In this document: positions 1 through 14,176 of the stretch, piece after piece | How positions within the stretch are numbered: the first letter of the stretch is position 1 | How the letters are laid out: the number at the start of each line of letters is the position of its first letter | DNA from: Eledone cirrhosa | Lineage: Eukaryota | Assembly (NCBI GenBank): GCA_964016885.1 | Contig: OZ024751.1 | Location: 22,196,001-22,260,000 of the forward strand | Length of the DNA: 64,000 bases | Reading direction: 5' to 3' | Translations under genes and position numbers: made by a program | The notes under the pieces: generated by a model | The model's input: only the letters and a program-made list of their open reading frames with translations | Database searches by the model: none | What the model was told of the DNA's origin: nothing

Positions 1-596
1 TTAACTGTGAAGACGATGACGATGAAAACGATAATATTAATGATAATGTTTTCTTTATTAACCACAAGGGTTTACATAAAGTAGAGATTAAGGACAGTAC
101 AGGACAATACAGGACGGTACAAATGGGCATTTCTGCGTGTAAAAAAAACAGAGGATGTAATAAAAAATAACAATGAAAAAAAAAAAAAAAATGAAAAAAA
201 AAAATAATAATATTAATGACAATGGCAACAATAATTCCTGAAATAACAACAGCAGAAATACGCACTTACGAGAGAGCATTTATATCAATATTTCAAGCTG
301 CTAAAAACCACAGCCTAACAACCCCCAAATTACATTGACTGCGATTCTTTCACTGCGGTCATGCTGGATAACTGTCCAGTTGTCATTCATATCGATTCCA
401 GTATTTGTTTCCTCTCAAATCTTGTGCTAATTTTATCGATCTGTGATCTGTTTATTATTTTTGTATGGTTAGTCGAATCACTAAAATATGGGACATAAGC
501 TCACAAACACGCATACACACACATACACACGCTCTCTCTCTCACACACACATACAAACACGCACATACATACATACATTTACACACTCTCTCTCTA

Positions 597-675
<79 letters not shown>

Positions 676-1189
676 TGACGAGTTTCTGCAGTTTCTGTCT
701 ACCAAATCCCACTTTTAAGACATTGGTCAACCCGTGGCTGTAGTAGAAATCATTCGCCTAAGGTGATGCCCCACAGTTGGACTTACGGACTGACTATAGA
801 CTGACATGGCTATAAAATGATCTACACACTAACCATGCCTGCATCTACGGATTTTCACACAAATAAATTTTCCCAATAAACCACATTTCTCATATACTTG
901 ATGGAATATCGGCCAACAATTATAAAATCAATGTGGAATCCGAATTGGTTCTGCAGTTTTCAATGAAGAAGTCGAACGCCATCATAACTGAATCCCCTTA
1001 TCATTGGTCAGATAATTATCTTTTATAAGAGATTCTGTAGATAATAAGAAGTCAAAAAATGATTCAATTTTCTTATAATGTATAGGAAGAGAATATATTC
1101 CAGTTAATTAAATATCTATTGCCTATTCTTTCCTATGCAAATCCTAACATTATTGTTGTTATCAGTATTATTATTATTATTACTGATTG

Positions 1190-1382
1190 GGGCGGTGGAT
1201 TCGCACATATCGGAAGAGGGTCGGACGCCATGCTTTCCAGCATAGTTACGACCCTTTACGGTCTGAGTTCAAATCCCGCCAAGGTTAACTTTGCCTTTCA
1301 TCCTTACGGGGTCGATAAAATAAAGTACCAGTAATGCACTGGGGTAATTGCTGGCCTTGTGCCAAAAGTAGAAACAATTATT
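1190..1382 (+). mobile_element. tRNA-derived SINE (Meta-domain-like core), full length
   Basis: A-box-like head, B box gagttcaaatccc, core gcctttcatccttacggggtcgataaaataaagtaccag, tail gctggccttgtgccaaaagtagaaacaattatt; flanking tactgattg is duplicated. Confidence 0.9.
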
Positions 1383-1430
1383 ACTACTGATTGTTAACCT
1401 TCTTCCATGTTATACAGTTATTTACAGCAT

Positions 1431-1469
<39 letters not shown>

Positions 1470-1470
<1 letters not shown>

Positions 1471-4400
1471 ACATACATACATACGTATATGTGTGTGTAA
1501 ATGTATAGACACACACAAACACACATGTATGTGTATATCGTGTGTGTATATATATATACACACACAAACACACATGTAGGTATATATATATGTGTGTGTA
1601 GACACACACAAACACACATGTATGTGTATATCGTGTGTGTATATATATACACACACACACAAACACACATGTAGGTATATATATGTGTGTGTAGACACAC
1701 ATGTAGGTATATATATGTGTGTGTAAACGTATAGACACACACAAACACACATGTATGTGTATATCGTGTGTGTATATATATATACACACACACAAACACA
1801 CATGTAGGTATATATATGTGTGTGTAGACACACATGTAGGTATATATATGTGTGTGTAAACGTATAGACACACACAAACACACATGTATGTGTATATCGT
1901 GTGTGTATATATATACACACACACAAACACACATGTAGGTATATATATGTGTGTGTAGACACACATGTAGGTATATATATGTGTGTGTAGACACACATGT
2001 AGGTATATATATGTGTGTGTAGACACACATGTAGGTATATATATGTGTGTGTAAACGTATAGACACACACAAACACACATGTATGTGTATATCGTGTGTG
2101 TATATATACACACACACACAAACACACATGTAGGTATATATATATGTGTGTAGACACACATGTAGGTATATATATGTGTGTGTAGACACACATGTAGGTA
2201 TATATATGTGTGTGTAAACGTATAGACACACACAAACACACATGTATGTATATATCGTGTGTGTATATATATACACACACACAAACACAGATGTAGGTAT
2301 ATATATGTGTGTGTAGACACACATGTAGGTATATATATGTGTGTGTAGACACACATGTAGGTATATATATGTGTGTGTAAACGTATAGACACACACACAA
2401 ACACACATGTATGTGTATATCGTGTGTGTATATATACACACACACACAAACACACATGTAGGTATATATATATGTGTGTAGACACACATGTAGGTATATA
2501 TATGTGTGTGTAAACGTATAGACACACACAAACACACATGTATGTATATATCGTGTGTGTATATATATACACACACACAAACACAGATGTAGGTATATAT
2601 ATGTGTGTGTAGACACACATGTAGGTATATATATGTGTGTGTAGACACACATGTAGGTATATATATGTGTGTGTAAACGTATAGACACACACACAAACAC
2701 ACATGTATGTGTATATCGTGTGTGTATATATACACACACACACAAACACACATGTAGGTATATATATATGTGTGTAGACACACATGTAGGTATATATATG
2801 TGTGTGTAAACGTATAGACACACACAAACACACATGTATGTATATATCGTGTGTGTATATATATACACACACACAAACACAGATGTAGGTATATATATGT
2901 GTGTGTAGACACACATGTAGGTATATATATGTGTGTGTAGACACACATGTAGGTATATATATGTGTGTGTAAACGTATAGACACACACACAAACACACAT
3001 GTATGTGTATATCGTGTGTGTATATATACACACACACACAAACACACATGTAGGTATATATATATGTGTGTAGACACACATGTAGGTATATATATGTGTG
3101 TGTAAACGTATAGACACACACAAACACACATGTATGTATATATCGTGTGTGTATATATATACACACACACAAACACAGATGTAGGTATATATATGTGTGT
3201 GTAGACACACATGTAGGTATATATATGTGTGTGTAGACACACATGTAGGTATATATATGTGTGTGTAAACGTATAGACACACACACAAACACACATGTAT
3301 GTGTATATCGTGTGTGTATATATACACACACACACAAACACACATGTAGGTATATATATATGTGTGTAGACACACATGTAGGTATATATATGTGTGTGTA
3401 GACACACATGTAGGTATATATATGTGTGTGTAAACGTATAGACACACACAAACACACATGTATGTGTATATCGTGTGTGTATATATATATACACACACAC
3501 AAACACACATGTAGGTATATATATGTGTGTGTAGACACACATGTAGGTATATATATGTGTGTGTAAACATATAGACACACACAAACACACATGTATGTGT
3601 ATATCGTGTGTGTATATATATACACACACACAAACACACATGTAGGTATATATATGTGTGTGTAGACACACATGTAGGTATATATATGTGTGTGTAGACA
3701 CACATGTAGGTATATATATGTGTGTGTAGACACACATGTAGGTATATATATGTGTGTGTAAACGTATAGACACACACAAACACACATGTATGTGTATATC
3801 GTGTGTGTATATATACACACACACACAAACACACATGTAGGTATATATATATGTGTGTAGACACACATGTAGGTATATATATGTGTGTGTAGACACACAT
3901 GTAGGTATATATATGTGTGTGTAGACACACATGTAGGTATATATATGTGTGTGTAGACACACATGTAGGTATATATATGTGTGTGTAAACGTATAGACAC
4001 ACACAAACACACATGTATGTGTATATCGTGTGTGTATATATACACACACACACAAACACACATGTAGGTATATATATATGTGTGTAGACACACATGTAGG
4101 TATATATATGTGTGTGTAGACACACATGTAGGTATATATATGTGTGTGTAGACACACATGTAGGTATATATATGTGTGTGTAGACACACATGTAGGTATA
4201 TATATGTGTGTGTAGACACACATGTAGGTATATATATGTGTGTGTAGACACACATGTAGGTATATATATGTGTGTGTAAACGTATAGACACACACAAACA
4301 CACATGTATGTATATATCGTGTGTGTATATATATACACACACACAAACACAGATGTAGGTATATATATGTGTGTGTAGACACACATGTAGGTATATATAT

Positions 4401-5855
4401 GTGTGTGTAAACGTATAGACACACACAAACACACATGTATGTGTATATCGTGTGTGTATATATATATACACACACACAAACACACATGTAGGTATATATA
4501 TGTGTGTGTAGACACACATGTAGGTATATATATGTGTGTGTAAACGTATAGACACACACAAACACACATGTATGTGTATATCGTGTGTGTATATATATAT
4601 ACACACACACAAACACACATGTAGGTATATATATGTGTGTGTAGACACACATGTAGGTATATATATGTGTGTGTAAACGTATAGACACACACAAACACAC
4701 ATGTATGTGTATATCGTGTGTGTATATATATATACACACACACAAACACACATGTAGGTATATATATGTGTGTGTAGACACACATGTAGGTATATATATG
4801 TGTGTGTAAACGTATAGACACACACAAACACACATGTATGTGTATATCGTGTGTGTATATATATATACACACACACAAACACACATGTAGGTATATATAT
4901 GTGTGTGTAGACACACATGTAGGTATATATATGTGTGTGTAAACGTATAGACACACACAAACACACATGTATGTGTATATCGTGTGTGTATATATATATA
5001 CACACACACAAACACACATGTAGGTATATATATGTGTGTGTAGACACACATGTAGGTATATATATATGTGTGTAGACACACATGTAGGTATATATATGTG
5101 TGTGTAAACGTATAGACACACACAAACACACATGTATGTGTATATCGTGTGTGTATATATATACACACACACAAACACACATGTAGGTATATATATGTGT
5201 GTGTAGACACACATGTAGGTATATATATGTGTGTGTAGACACACATGTAGGTATATATATGTGTGTGTAAACGTATAGACACACACAAACACACATGTAT
5301 GTGTATATCGTGTGTGTATATATACACACACACACAAACACACATGTAGGTATATATATATGTGTGTAGACACACATGTAGGTATATATATGTGTGTGTA
5401 GACACACATGTAGGTATATATATGTGTGTGTAAACGTATAGACACACACAAACACACATGTATGTATATATCGTGTGTGTATATATATACACACACACAA
5501 ACACAGATGTAGGTATATATATGTGTGTGTAGACACACATGTAGGTATATATATATGTGTGTAGACACACATGTAGATATATATATGTGTGTGTAAACGT
5601 ATAGACACACACAAACACACATGTATGTGTATATCGTGTGTGTATATAATACACACACACAAATACACATGTAGGTATATATATGTGTGTGTAGACACAC
5701 ATGTAGGTATATATATGTGTGTGTAGACACACACAAACACACATGTATGTGTATATCGTGTGTGTATATAATACACACACACAAACACACATGTAGGTAT
5801 ATATATGTGTGTGTAGACGCACATGTAGGTATATATATGTGTGTGTAAACGCACA
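1470..5855. repeat. Compound satellite built from a 32-bp unit and a ~100-bp unit, with 296-bp higher-order repeats
   Basis: The unit gacacacatgtaggtatatatatgtgtgtgta (32 bp) alternates with a longer aacgtatagacacacacaaac... unit. The variant 'aaacacagatg' recurs with its G at 2290, 2586, 2882 and 3178 (period 296). Confidence 0.95.
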
Positions 5856-6856
5856 TACATTTATAAAGCGATAGAGAAGAAAAATACGGGAGTGGTTTAG
5901 AAAGCTATCGAGAAATTGTCATTTTGTGTCTAATGTATGAATGTCATGCAATGTAGAGTTGGTAAGATTCTGGTAAGCCATGGCATGTCCTGCCTGCAGT
6001 AATGGTTCAATTCCCACTTGAGCCATTCCACTTCCCTTAACATTTCATTCCCGTCCGTAAGGAATAACCTGGAGAGAGCTGGGTGGACATTCACGGTGTA
6101 TGGCAAGGCTAGGCCTTGTGTTTTATAGGTACAGATTAGTTGAAGAGCTTCCTTCAAACTGATTTCACTCGTAAGGCCTGTGACAAGCTGAGGCTGTGGT
6201 GAGAAATAGTTGTGCAAACATTGCCTTTCAATAATACATACATAGATACATACATTTATATATACATACTTGTATACACACACACGCACGCACACACACA
6301 CACACACATACACACACATACATACACACACACACGCACACGCACATGCACACGCACACGCACACGCACACGCACATACACGCACATACACAAACACACA
6401 CACATATATATATAAATTCCACGTAGCTGCCACTGTTCCCATGTTTCCGTCTCTAAGGGTAATTTACCAAATTTTCTGAACTATTATCTATATTGATCGA
6501 ATGTTATTACATATATTTTTAGCGTTTGTAATACTAACATTTCAAGCTTTCATAATTCATCATAATTCAAAACGTTTGTATATGCATGAATGCATACATA
6601 CATAAATAAGAGGCTTCCAGAGAATCTCTGTCAGCATTTGGTTTAGGTGTTGCTTAACAGGACGGAACACAGAGCCTCGTGATTATGATGTAGATTTCTT
6701 TCTTCATCATCCTGTTATACTTGCGTTCCTTATCTCATATCAAACTAACGATTTGGTCTCGGAGGGGCCTAGGAAAGCTGCGGGCACTGTCCCACTCCGT
6801 CCCCAAGATTCAGCAAATTAAAACAAATAATATTAGGTTCTGTTATAATAACTTAA

Positions 6857-7010
6857 GGCGGCGAATTGGCAGTCGTTAGAACCTCGGATATAATGCTTTA
6901 TGGTATTTGTTCCGGTTCTCTGTTTTCAGATTTCAAATCCTGCCGAGGTAAACTTTTCCTTTCATCCTTTCGAGGTCGATAAAAAAGTACCAGTCTAGTA
7001 CTGGGATCGA
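6857..7010 (+). mobile_element. SINE, same superfamily, diverged subfamily
   Basis: ggcggcgaattggcag head; ttcaaatcc B box; cctttcatcctttcgaggtcgataaaa core. Confidence 0.8.
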
Positions 7011-7889
7011 TTCTTTCTCTATATCTCTTACTCATTTCCTCTCTATCTTTCGAGGTCGATAAATACATAATAATTTAAATGGAGACAGAGTTTCCAGTAT
7101 TGCTCTAATAACCCTAATAGAATATATACTACTTAAAGCTATTAAAACAGCAAATATCTTAATTGCCGATTAATCAAACTACTTTCTATCAAAGTCTGAA
7201 GCAATTCCTTTTTTTTTACACCAATCACGTAATCCAAAAGGGCCATTGTTTTCTTAAATAAAATTTAAAAAAACACCTTATATATATTTTTTTCTGTTTT
7301 TCTGCTTTTTACACAATCACGTTTTAGCAACAACAAAATAAAAAAAATAAAAATAAAAATAATATTTCTTGGTGTAATTCTGTTATTGTGAAAAAGTTTT
7401 CTAAAAATGTTTGCGTCGGAATTATTAAAACCATGTTAATTGTAACAATACAACCATTTACTCAAAGACAAGCATTGTCTTGTTAAACGGTAATTACACG
7501 CCGCTGCAATTATTTTACAACAACAACTAAACAAAAATTCAAAAATTCTCCGATTGAAAAATAAATTCTTCTTCTACTCATTCTTTCCTTCTCGCCTTTC
7601 TTTTTCCTTTTCTTTTCTTTTCTTTCTTTATTGTCTTGTTTTTCTTCTCTTCACCACCTTCCTACATCTCATCTTCTCTTTTTCATTATCTTTTAATATT
7701 GTATTTTTTCTTCTTCGAGTGTGTCTTTATTAGTCTATCTATATCAGAACCAGAAACTCAAACAACAAAAACAAACAAAAAACAACAGCAGAAATATATA
7801 AAAGACAAACAAACAAATATCGACACGATTTGAAACACACACAAGCACACAAATATATGCATGGACACACATACACCTATATATATATA

Positions 7890-7967
7890 TTTGTGTATAT
7901 GTCCAAGTTCTTTTGTGTATATATATAAGTCCATACATATTTGCATTTGTTTGTGAAAATATTTGTC

Positions 7968-7999
<32 letters not shown>

Positions 8000-8128
8000 C
8001 ATGTGAAAATATTTGTCTGTGTGTGTATATATATATATATATATATACAGACAAATATTTTCACAAACAAATGCAAATACGCATGGACTTATACATATAC
8101 ACAAAAGAACTTGGACATATACACAAAT
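7890..8128. repeat. Fold-back inverted repeat centred on TA microsatellite
   Basis: atttgtgtatatgtccaagttcttttgtg...gaaaatatttgtctgt is mirrored by acagacaaatattttcac...cacaaaagaacttggacatatacacaaat. Confidence 0.85.
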
Positions 8129-8972
8129 GCAAACACACACACATATATACACACTCACAAGAACACATGGACATATGACAAACACATAAACGCAAATATG
8201 TATGCACATATACATACACACAGACGCACGCGGACATATGCACAAATGCAAACACGCACACATATACGTACTCACAAACACACATGAACGTGTGTACAAA
8301 TGCAAACACACACACACCCATAAATACACACACAGGCACACAGACACACACATAAACACACATACATACACTCATAGGCAGACAGACAACATAGAAGATA
8401 GAAGATGTCACGTGTTTATGAAAACCATAATTCAATGTTTCGCCATGAATAATAAACAGCGTTAGAATACGTTAGTTGAATTTAAGCACGTCTGGGTCTC
8501 CCCAACTAAATACTTGTGTATTAAGTTAAATAGCGCATGATGCCAACATTTACAGCGAAAAAGCAGTCCGAATTAGCCGATTTCCTTTCTTTCGATTTGC
8601 ACTAATCATCTCAAATAGATTATCGATATAAAGATGACTAAATAAGCAGAAAAACAAATTGAAACCATCTTGAAAAAGAAAAACAAAATTGTTTATATTT
8701 TCTATGACTAGTTCTATTGATTTCAAGGCTGTTTGTTTATTAGATTTTTTATATCCATTCTTCATTTCTATTTTTATATATTTGTTTTTGTTTTCTTTAA
8801 TGAAAAAATAATCAAACGAATAATTAAAGTGTTTCAGAAACAGCAATATAAACAACAACAGTAGTGGCAATAATAACAACAAACGTATGTATGTATGTAT
8901 GTATGTATGTATGTATGTATGTATGTATGTATGTATGTATGTATGTATGTATGTATGCATGTATGTATGTAT

Positions 8973-9218
8973 GTTTTCTCTTTCTCTTAATTTTGAGTAT
9001 ATTTTTTTGACCGGCCACCTTCCTGGTGGCAAGGTTGTAAAAGAAAAGAAATTGTCATCCCTTGAATCGCAAGAATGTTTTGCAAATTTTGAAGGTGCCA
9101 GCTATCGCAGCCATTTGTAGACTATGAATTAGGGAGCTGCGCTTTTTGTCCGCAAATCCAAGTTCAGTCATACTTTGGTCCAAGCGGGTTGGTATATAAC
9201 CCATAGCACCAATAATGA
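8973..9218 (-). mobile_element. 3' end of R4/Dong-like RLE non-LTR retrotransposon inside (CATA)n
   Basis: Peptide IIIGAMGYIPTRLDQSMTELGF...SLQMAAIAGTFKICKTFLRF matches the C-terminus of the 39289-40086 ORF (VIIGALGYV...LQVQSINGTVKICKTFQKF). (TATG)n lies on both sides. Confidence 0.85.
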
Positions 9219-9484
9219 TGTATGTATGTATGTATGTATGTATGTATGTATGTATGTATGTATGTATGTATGTATGTATGTATGTATGTATGTATGTATG
9301 TATGTATGTATGTATGTATGTATATAAAGTTATATCTGTATACATACAGAGTATGTAACCGAGCCTGAACCAAGGTGTTTTAAATATACATATATTTAAT
9401 ATGTAGGCATGTAAACATGCCAGAAAATTCATAGAGCATCTTTGTAAAAATCATAAATACCTTTAATCGATTTTCGAACCTAAT

Positions 9485-9541
<57 letters not shown>

Positions 9542-9543
<2 letters not shown>

Positions 9544-9744
9544 AACCAGTAAGACCCCGACAGCTGAGCTCAAGCCGTTTCGACGGCTAATTCTGGACTG
9601 AATTAGCCGTCCAGAATTAGCTGTCGAAACGGCTTGAGCTCAGCTGTCGGGGTCTTACTGGTTCCTATTACCCACTCTACTACCTCAAGTATTGAGTACT
9701 TTGGTGCGTTATGGTCCACCTGGTTCCTTACCACATTTCCTTCG

Positions 9745-9746
<2 letters not shown>
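9542..9746 (+). mobile_element. PLE-type mini-element family A: 5' inverted arm, HHR 3' half and tail, in (TA)n
   Basis: GAAA-cggct-tgagctc-agctg-TC-ggggtc (stem III plus GUC). The ~55-nt 5' arm is the reverse complement. The tail ...gtactttggtgcgttatggtccacctggttccttaccacatttccttcgtt is shared with other copies. Confidence 0.8.
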
Positions 9747-9799
<53 letters not shown>

Positions 9800-9801
9800 C
9801 A

Positions 9802-9950
9802 CCGTATTTCCTGGCGTCGAAGACGCTACTTTTTCCCTAAAATAAGTCTTAAAAATCTACCATGCGTCCTGGAGGCCGAAGGTTGTTCATTATTTTTTTT
9901 TCAATAGGGTGCGTTCTCGAAGACAAAGCGTGTTCGGCGCCGGGAAATAC

Positions 9951-9952
<2 letters not shown>
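9802..9952. mobile_element. Tc1/mariner (pogo-like) MITE
   Basis: TIRs ccgtatttcctggcgtcgaagacgc / gcgtgttcggcgccgggaaatacgg in a TA context. Confidence 0.8.
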
Positions 9953-9991
<39 letters not shown>

Positions 9992-9994
<3 letters not shown>

Positions 9995-10049
9995 AGTAAG
10001 TAAGACCCCGACGGCTGAGCTCAAGCCGTTTTGACGGCTAATTCTGCAC
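9992..10049 (-). mobile_element. Family A fragment (inverted arm only)
   Basis: gtaagaccccgacggctgagctcaagccgttttgacggctaattctg between TA runs. Confidence 0.75.
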
Positions 10050-10053
10050 TGAA

Positions 10054-10086
<33 letters not shown>

Positions 10087-10259
10087 ATATATATAATATA
10101 TATATATATATATAGTTCAAAGAAACAACAAACAGAGGTGCAATTAGTTTCACGCTTTATATGGAAAAGGGGAAAGAAAGTTCGACGTGTCGGGCTTTAG
10201 CCCTCCTACAGGAGTACAAAAATAGAGATAGGATCACAAATGAAAAATACAAACTTATA

Positions 10260-10329
<70 letters not shown>

Positions 10330-10970
10330 GAAGTAGCTCTCAGTACCGACAGGTACAGGATAGATAATGTAGAAAATATGTTTACACCTTACGAGAATTT
10401 AGACCTAAAGTTTGTTGAATATGTATTATTCATAGTCATTCTTCATCAGGTCTCGATCGCGAATTCTCAGATGTTTCATCATCGTCGATTCTTCTGGATT
10501 CAGTAATGTTGGCGTATGTCGAGGCTGCTGTTGTTTTATAATAACTAATGCCAACATAATTCCTTGCAGTATTTGATCCCACGTTGTACGCTCGGAGTTA
10601 AAAAAGCCACTTATTTGTGTTAGGAGTTGCAATCTGTAAGATGGAAAGACCAACAGAAACATAGTTTTCTTGGTTACATCTAATTACTGACTTCGTTCGT
10701 TTCGTTTCCTATTTTTCATTTTTCATGTTTGTTCTGTAAAATAATGCGTTTATTTTCTGTAAAAATATCAAACACTAATTGGTTTGACAAAGTTATTACA
10801 ATGCAATTTAGAGTTAAAGGAGTGAAAACTTGTTTTCATTCCTTTATTTCTTTCTAGCTTGCATTATACCAGCTTTCTCAAAACAATCCTAACCACTTAT
10901 TTCTCAATATTACATATAAATTATTCTTCTTAATTATTAATTGTTTTTTTATATCTTTTATGGCTGCCAG

Positions 10971-10979
10971 GGACAACGG
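10971..10979 (+). CDS. Candidate 9-nt microexon GGACAACGG
   Basis: Pyrimidine tract ttgtttttttatatctttta, then tggctgccAG, the exon, and donor GTAAGT; a UGC motif lies just before the AG. Confidence 0.55.
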
Positions 10980-11742
10980 GTAAGTAGCAGGTTTTTAATC
11001 TCTTATTTACAAAAATATGTAGATTTTAGAAATTATGTGGATTATCCTAGTCTAAACTGGATTTCACCATTGTCAGTTTTTGATATTTACCCATCCTAGA
11101 TTTGGCTGAATCAATTATACTTGTTGAAAATATTTTCTCGGCTTGGTCTGGCATAAAAACTGAATAATTTCATTAGGATTGTTCGGATAAACTCCTTAAC
11201 AGTTATTTTCTTCTAAGAATGCATCGAAACAGAAAATCTTCAGAGACATTTCAGATTTTTGTATAATCTGTTTAGATCATTTATCTAGCTCTTGATACAC
11301 ATGAGAACAAAAAAGATCACTACAGCCTACGTGATCACATACCAAAATATGTCTACTATTTTTGGTTTTATTCTTGAAGAGAAAAATAACAACAATAGCA
11401 ATTGTTTCGTCACGCGAGATTTCTTGAAGTAATTTTATTGTTCAACGAAGGACACTTCACTTGAATTAAAATTGATCTCTGATCTATTATGTTCAAAGAA
11501 TCGCCATTCCTAGTTTCTTTACTTAAAGTATTTGTGTATTTTCCGTATTCCTTGGAGTATGATTCATCTAAGCGTTAGAATATTCGTTTGTTCTCAGTAA
11601 TAAAACTTTTTAACAAATACATTTTTTACTACTGACAATCATTTGTCATATGAAGTAATGAATATGTCCAATTATTTAATCAATTCATTTGGATAATGCT
11701 AAAGATAGCATTATATTTTAGATTGGTTATGTTATAATACGT

Positions 11743-11836
11743 AGGCAGTGAATTGGCTAAACCCATCGAGGTCAACTTAGCCTTTCACCCTTTCCAGATC
11801 GATAAAAGACATACCAGTCTAGTACTGGGATCGATT
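11743..11836 (+). mobile_element. Internally deleted SINE
   Basis: ggcagtgaattggc...gaggtcaacttagcctttcaccctttccagatcgataaaa. Confidence 0.7.
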
Positions 11837-12081
11837 TTTCCCCATCTCGCTCTCACTCCCACACCCGTCACTCACTCTCCCTTACTCTCTCTCTCTCTCT
11901 TACTCGCACACCCATTCACTCTCTCACTCCCACACCCACTCTCTCATTCTCTCTATCTCCAAGATATCAGCTGTGTTCAAATCTGGAGAGGTATGGGCTC
12001 CACCAGGTTTTCAAGATATCAACCACATGCCGTATGTCACGACAACGCCCCATACATACACACATTATGATATGTACAGTA

Positions 12082-12272
12082 GGGCGGTGGATTGGCAGTA
12101 TCCGTAGAGGGTCGGACGCCATGCTTTGACGCATAGAGTTACGGCCCTTGCCATTCTGAGTTCGAATCCCGCCGAGGTTAACTTTGCCTTTCATCCTTAC
12201 GGGGTCGATAAAATAAAGTACCAGTAATGCACTGGTTAATTGCTGGCCTTGTGCCAAAAAGTGGAAACAATT
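12082..12272 (+). mobile_element. tRNA-derived SINE with TSD
   Basis: Full consensus; attatgatatgtacagta is duplicated on both sides. Confidence 0.92.
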
Positions 12273-12589
12273 ATGATATGTACAGTAAAGTAGGGATAAG
12301 TTCGGAGCTAGTCAGTTCTGTGTTGTACATAGTTGACAATTAGACTGGATCTATGACTCGATTCCAATATCCAGTTGAAGCAATGTACGTATCAATATCC
12401 TATACATCGGAGAGCGATGTCAATAGACTTTATGTCAAGACGTCAGCCTTGCAATTCCAGGAGTTACGGGACCATGCGATCGTTTACTGAGATTAACAAT
12501 GGTGAATAGAATCAGTCCATTTAGATTTTCAAAAGCTGTACTGCCTTACAGAAGACCATCATGAAAACTGTTACTATGTATTTATATAA

Positions 12590-12792
12590 CAATGGAGTCG
12601 TTAGAATGTCAGATAGAATGCTTTGCGGTATTCCTTCCTGCGTTCTGCGTTCAAATACCATCGAGGTCAGCTGTACCTTTTATCCTTCTAAAGTCGTTAA
12701 AATAAAGTACCAGTTAAGTACTGGGGTCAATTTAATCAATTTTATCTCCCCCCCCTCCCCAATTTTTGGCCTTGTTCTTATATCAGAAAACT
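12590..12792 (+). mobile_element. Diverged SINE
   Basis: gttcaaatac B box; core aaataaagtaccag; tail tggccttgttcttatatcagaaaac. Confidence 0.7.
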
Positions 12793-13321
12793 AAGTATTT
12801 ATATAAGAAACCATTATACTAGATTAAAATAAAATATTGAATATATTGAATATATGATATATCAATTGATCTCGTTTTTTTTTTTATTGTTCTTTATACA
12901 TGGATAGTTGGTGAGTACACAATTATATATATATATTCAACATTACTTTGCATGGTATAAAAAAATATATAGAAATTCATGTTTTTATCAAAATTAATCT
13001 ACATCTTATATTCAATGTATGCTATGTTCATTGCACGCGCTCTTAAAAAACAAACATAAGTACACATAAATAAATTTTTTAGTCAATACAAGATGCTTAA
13101 AGTGTTTGCATTAGCTTTTTTTTTTTTTTTTTACATTATTTTTCATAAAAGCACGTGTAGCAGCAAGCCTAGATGTGAGATTGTGTTATTTTCAGTTTAT
13201 GGTTGAAATTTCTTCGTTATTTTGTGAATTCCAAAATTGTGATTTTATTCAACCTGTAACCTGATAAGTAGGCCTCAATGTGATCTCGCCGATATCGAAC
13301 ACTTACCGCTGTTGTTTCCTG

Positions 13322-13378
<57 letters not shown>

Positions 13379-13384
13379 TATATA

Positions 13385-13501
13385 TGAAACTCACCGAGGA
13401 GATGACTAAGGACCGTGACAAGTGGAGAGATGGTGTGCTGAATAGGACCCGTCGAACTCTTGCAAGCAGGGAAAAACAGACGTAAAATGATGATGATGAT
13501 G
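13385..13501 (+). mobile_element. RTE-clade LINE 3' end
   Basis: Peptide LTEEMTKDRDKWR (RTE C-terminal DRxxWR motif) followed by a (TGA)n tail. Confidence 0.65.
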
Positions 13502-13526
13502 ATATATATATATATATATATATATA

Positions 13527-13656
13527 GGAAAAAGTCGAAACGGCTTGAGCTCTGCCGCCGGGGTCTTACTTTTTTCCTATTTCCCACACTACTACCCTAA
13601 GTATTGAGTACTCTGGTGCGTTATGGTCCATATGGTTCCTTACCACATTTCCTTTG

Positions 13657-13659
<3 letters not shown>
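13527..13659 (+). mobile_element. Family A copy without inverted arm; another fragment at 14020-14123
   Basis: gtcgaaacggcttgagctc...ggtgcgttatggtccatatggttccttaccacatttcc, between TA runs. Confidence 0.75.
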
Positions 13660-13742
<83 letters not shown>

Positions 13743-13747
13743 CACAC

Positions 13748-13815
13748 ACAAGCTGTTCCAAAAATGTATACACAATTAAACAGCATTCATATAAATACAT
13801 TTTTGGGGACATCTT
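13748..13815. mobile_element. Short Tc1-like MITE relic; related copy at 29620-29678
   Basis: ccaaaaatgtatacac...tacatttttgg inverted ends. The 29620 copy ends in gggccaccctgTA (reverse complement of a CAGGGTG TIR). Confidence 0.5.
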
Positions 13816-14119
13816 ATATATATATATATATATGTGTGTGAGAGAGATAGACCTTCATCGGTTGGCAGAAGCCAGTAACGCATTAATAAACACCAAATGT
13901 GATGTTGAAATTTATCGGGTCGTCTTAGCATAGTGCTTCTGTGTGGTTGTCCATAAAACAGCAGGTTTGAGGTTCGATTCGGGCGGACAGTATCCTCACG
14001 ACTTTTCGTTAATGTTTACCTTGTACGGGGTCATACGTGTTCCTATTACCCACTCTACTACCCTAAATATTGAGTACTTTGGTGCGTTATGATCCATCTG
14101 GTTCCTTACCACATTTGCT

Positions 14120-14171
<52 letters not shown>

Positions 14172-14176
<5 letters not shown>

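Noticed and set aside
1190-1290. tRNA genes at A/B-box motifs
   Set aside because: They are SINE heads with an extended spacer, shared core and tail, and TSDs; no cloverleaf.
4080-4280. CRISPR-like 32-bp repeats
   Set aside because: Head-to-tail tandem with no unique spacers, in a eukaryotic context.
1384-5860. Three ~1470-1490 aa minus-strand ORFs
   Set aside because: All three frames are open only because the satellite lacks stops on that strand; the peptides are permutations of the repeat.
10178-10216. HHR-like motifs at 10178-10216 (minus) and about 54505-54545 (plus)
   Set aside because: Cores are mutated (CTGTAGGA/GACA; TCGATGA). Probably relics but too degenerate to call.
11190-11480. 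Possible decayed Tc1/mariner transposase
   Set aside because: Only faint motif resemblance, with no continuous frame or TIRs.
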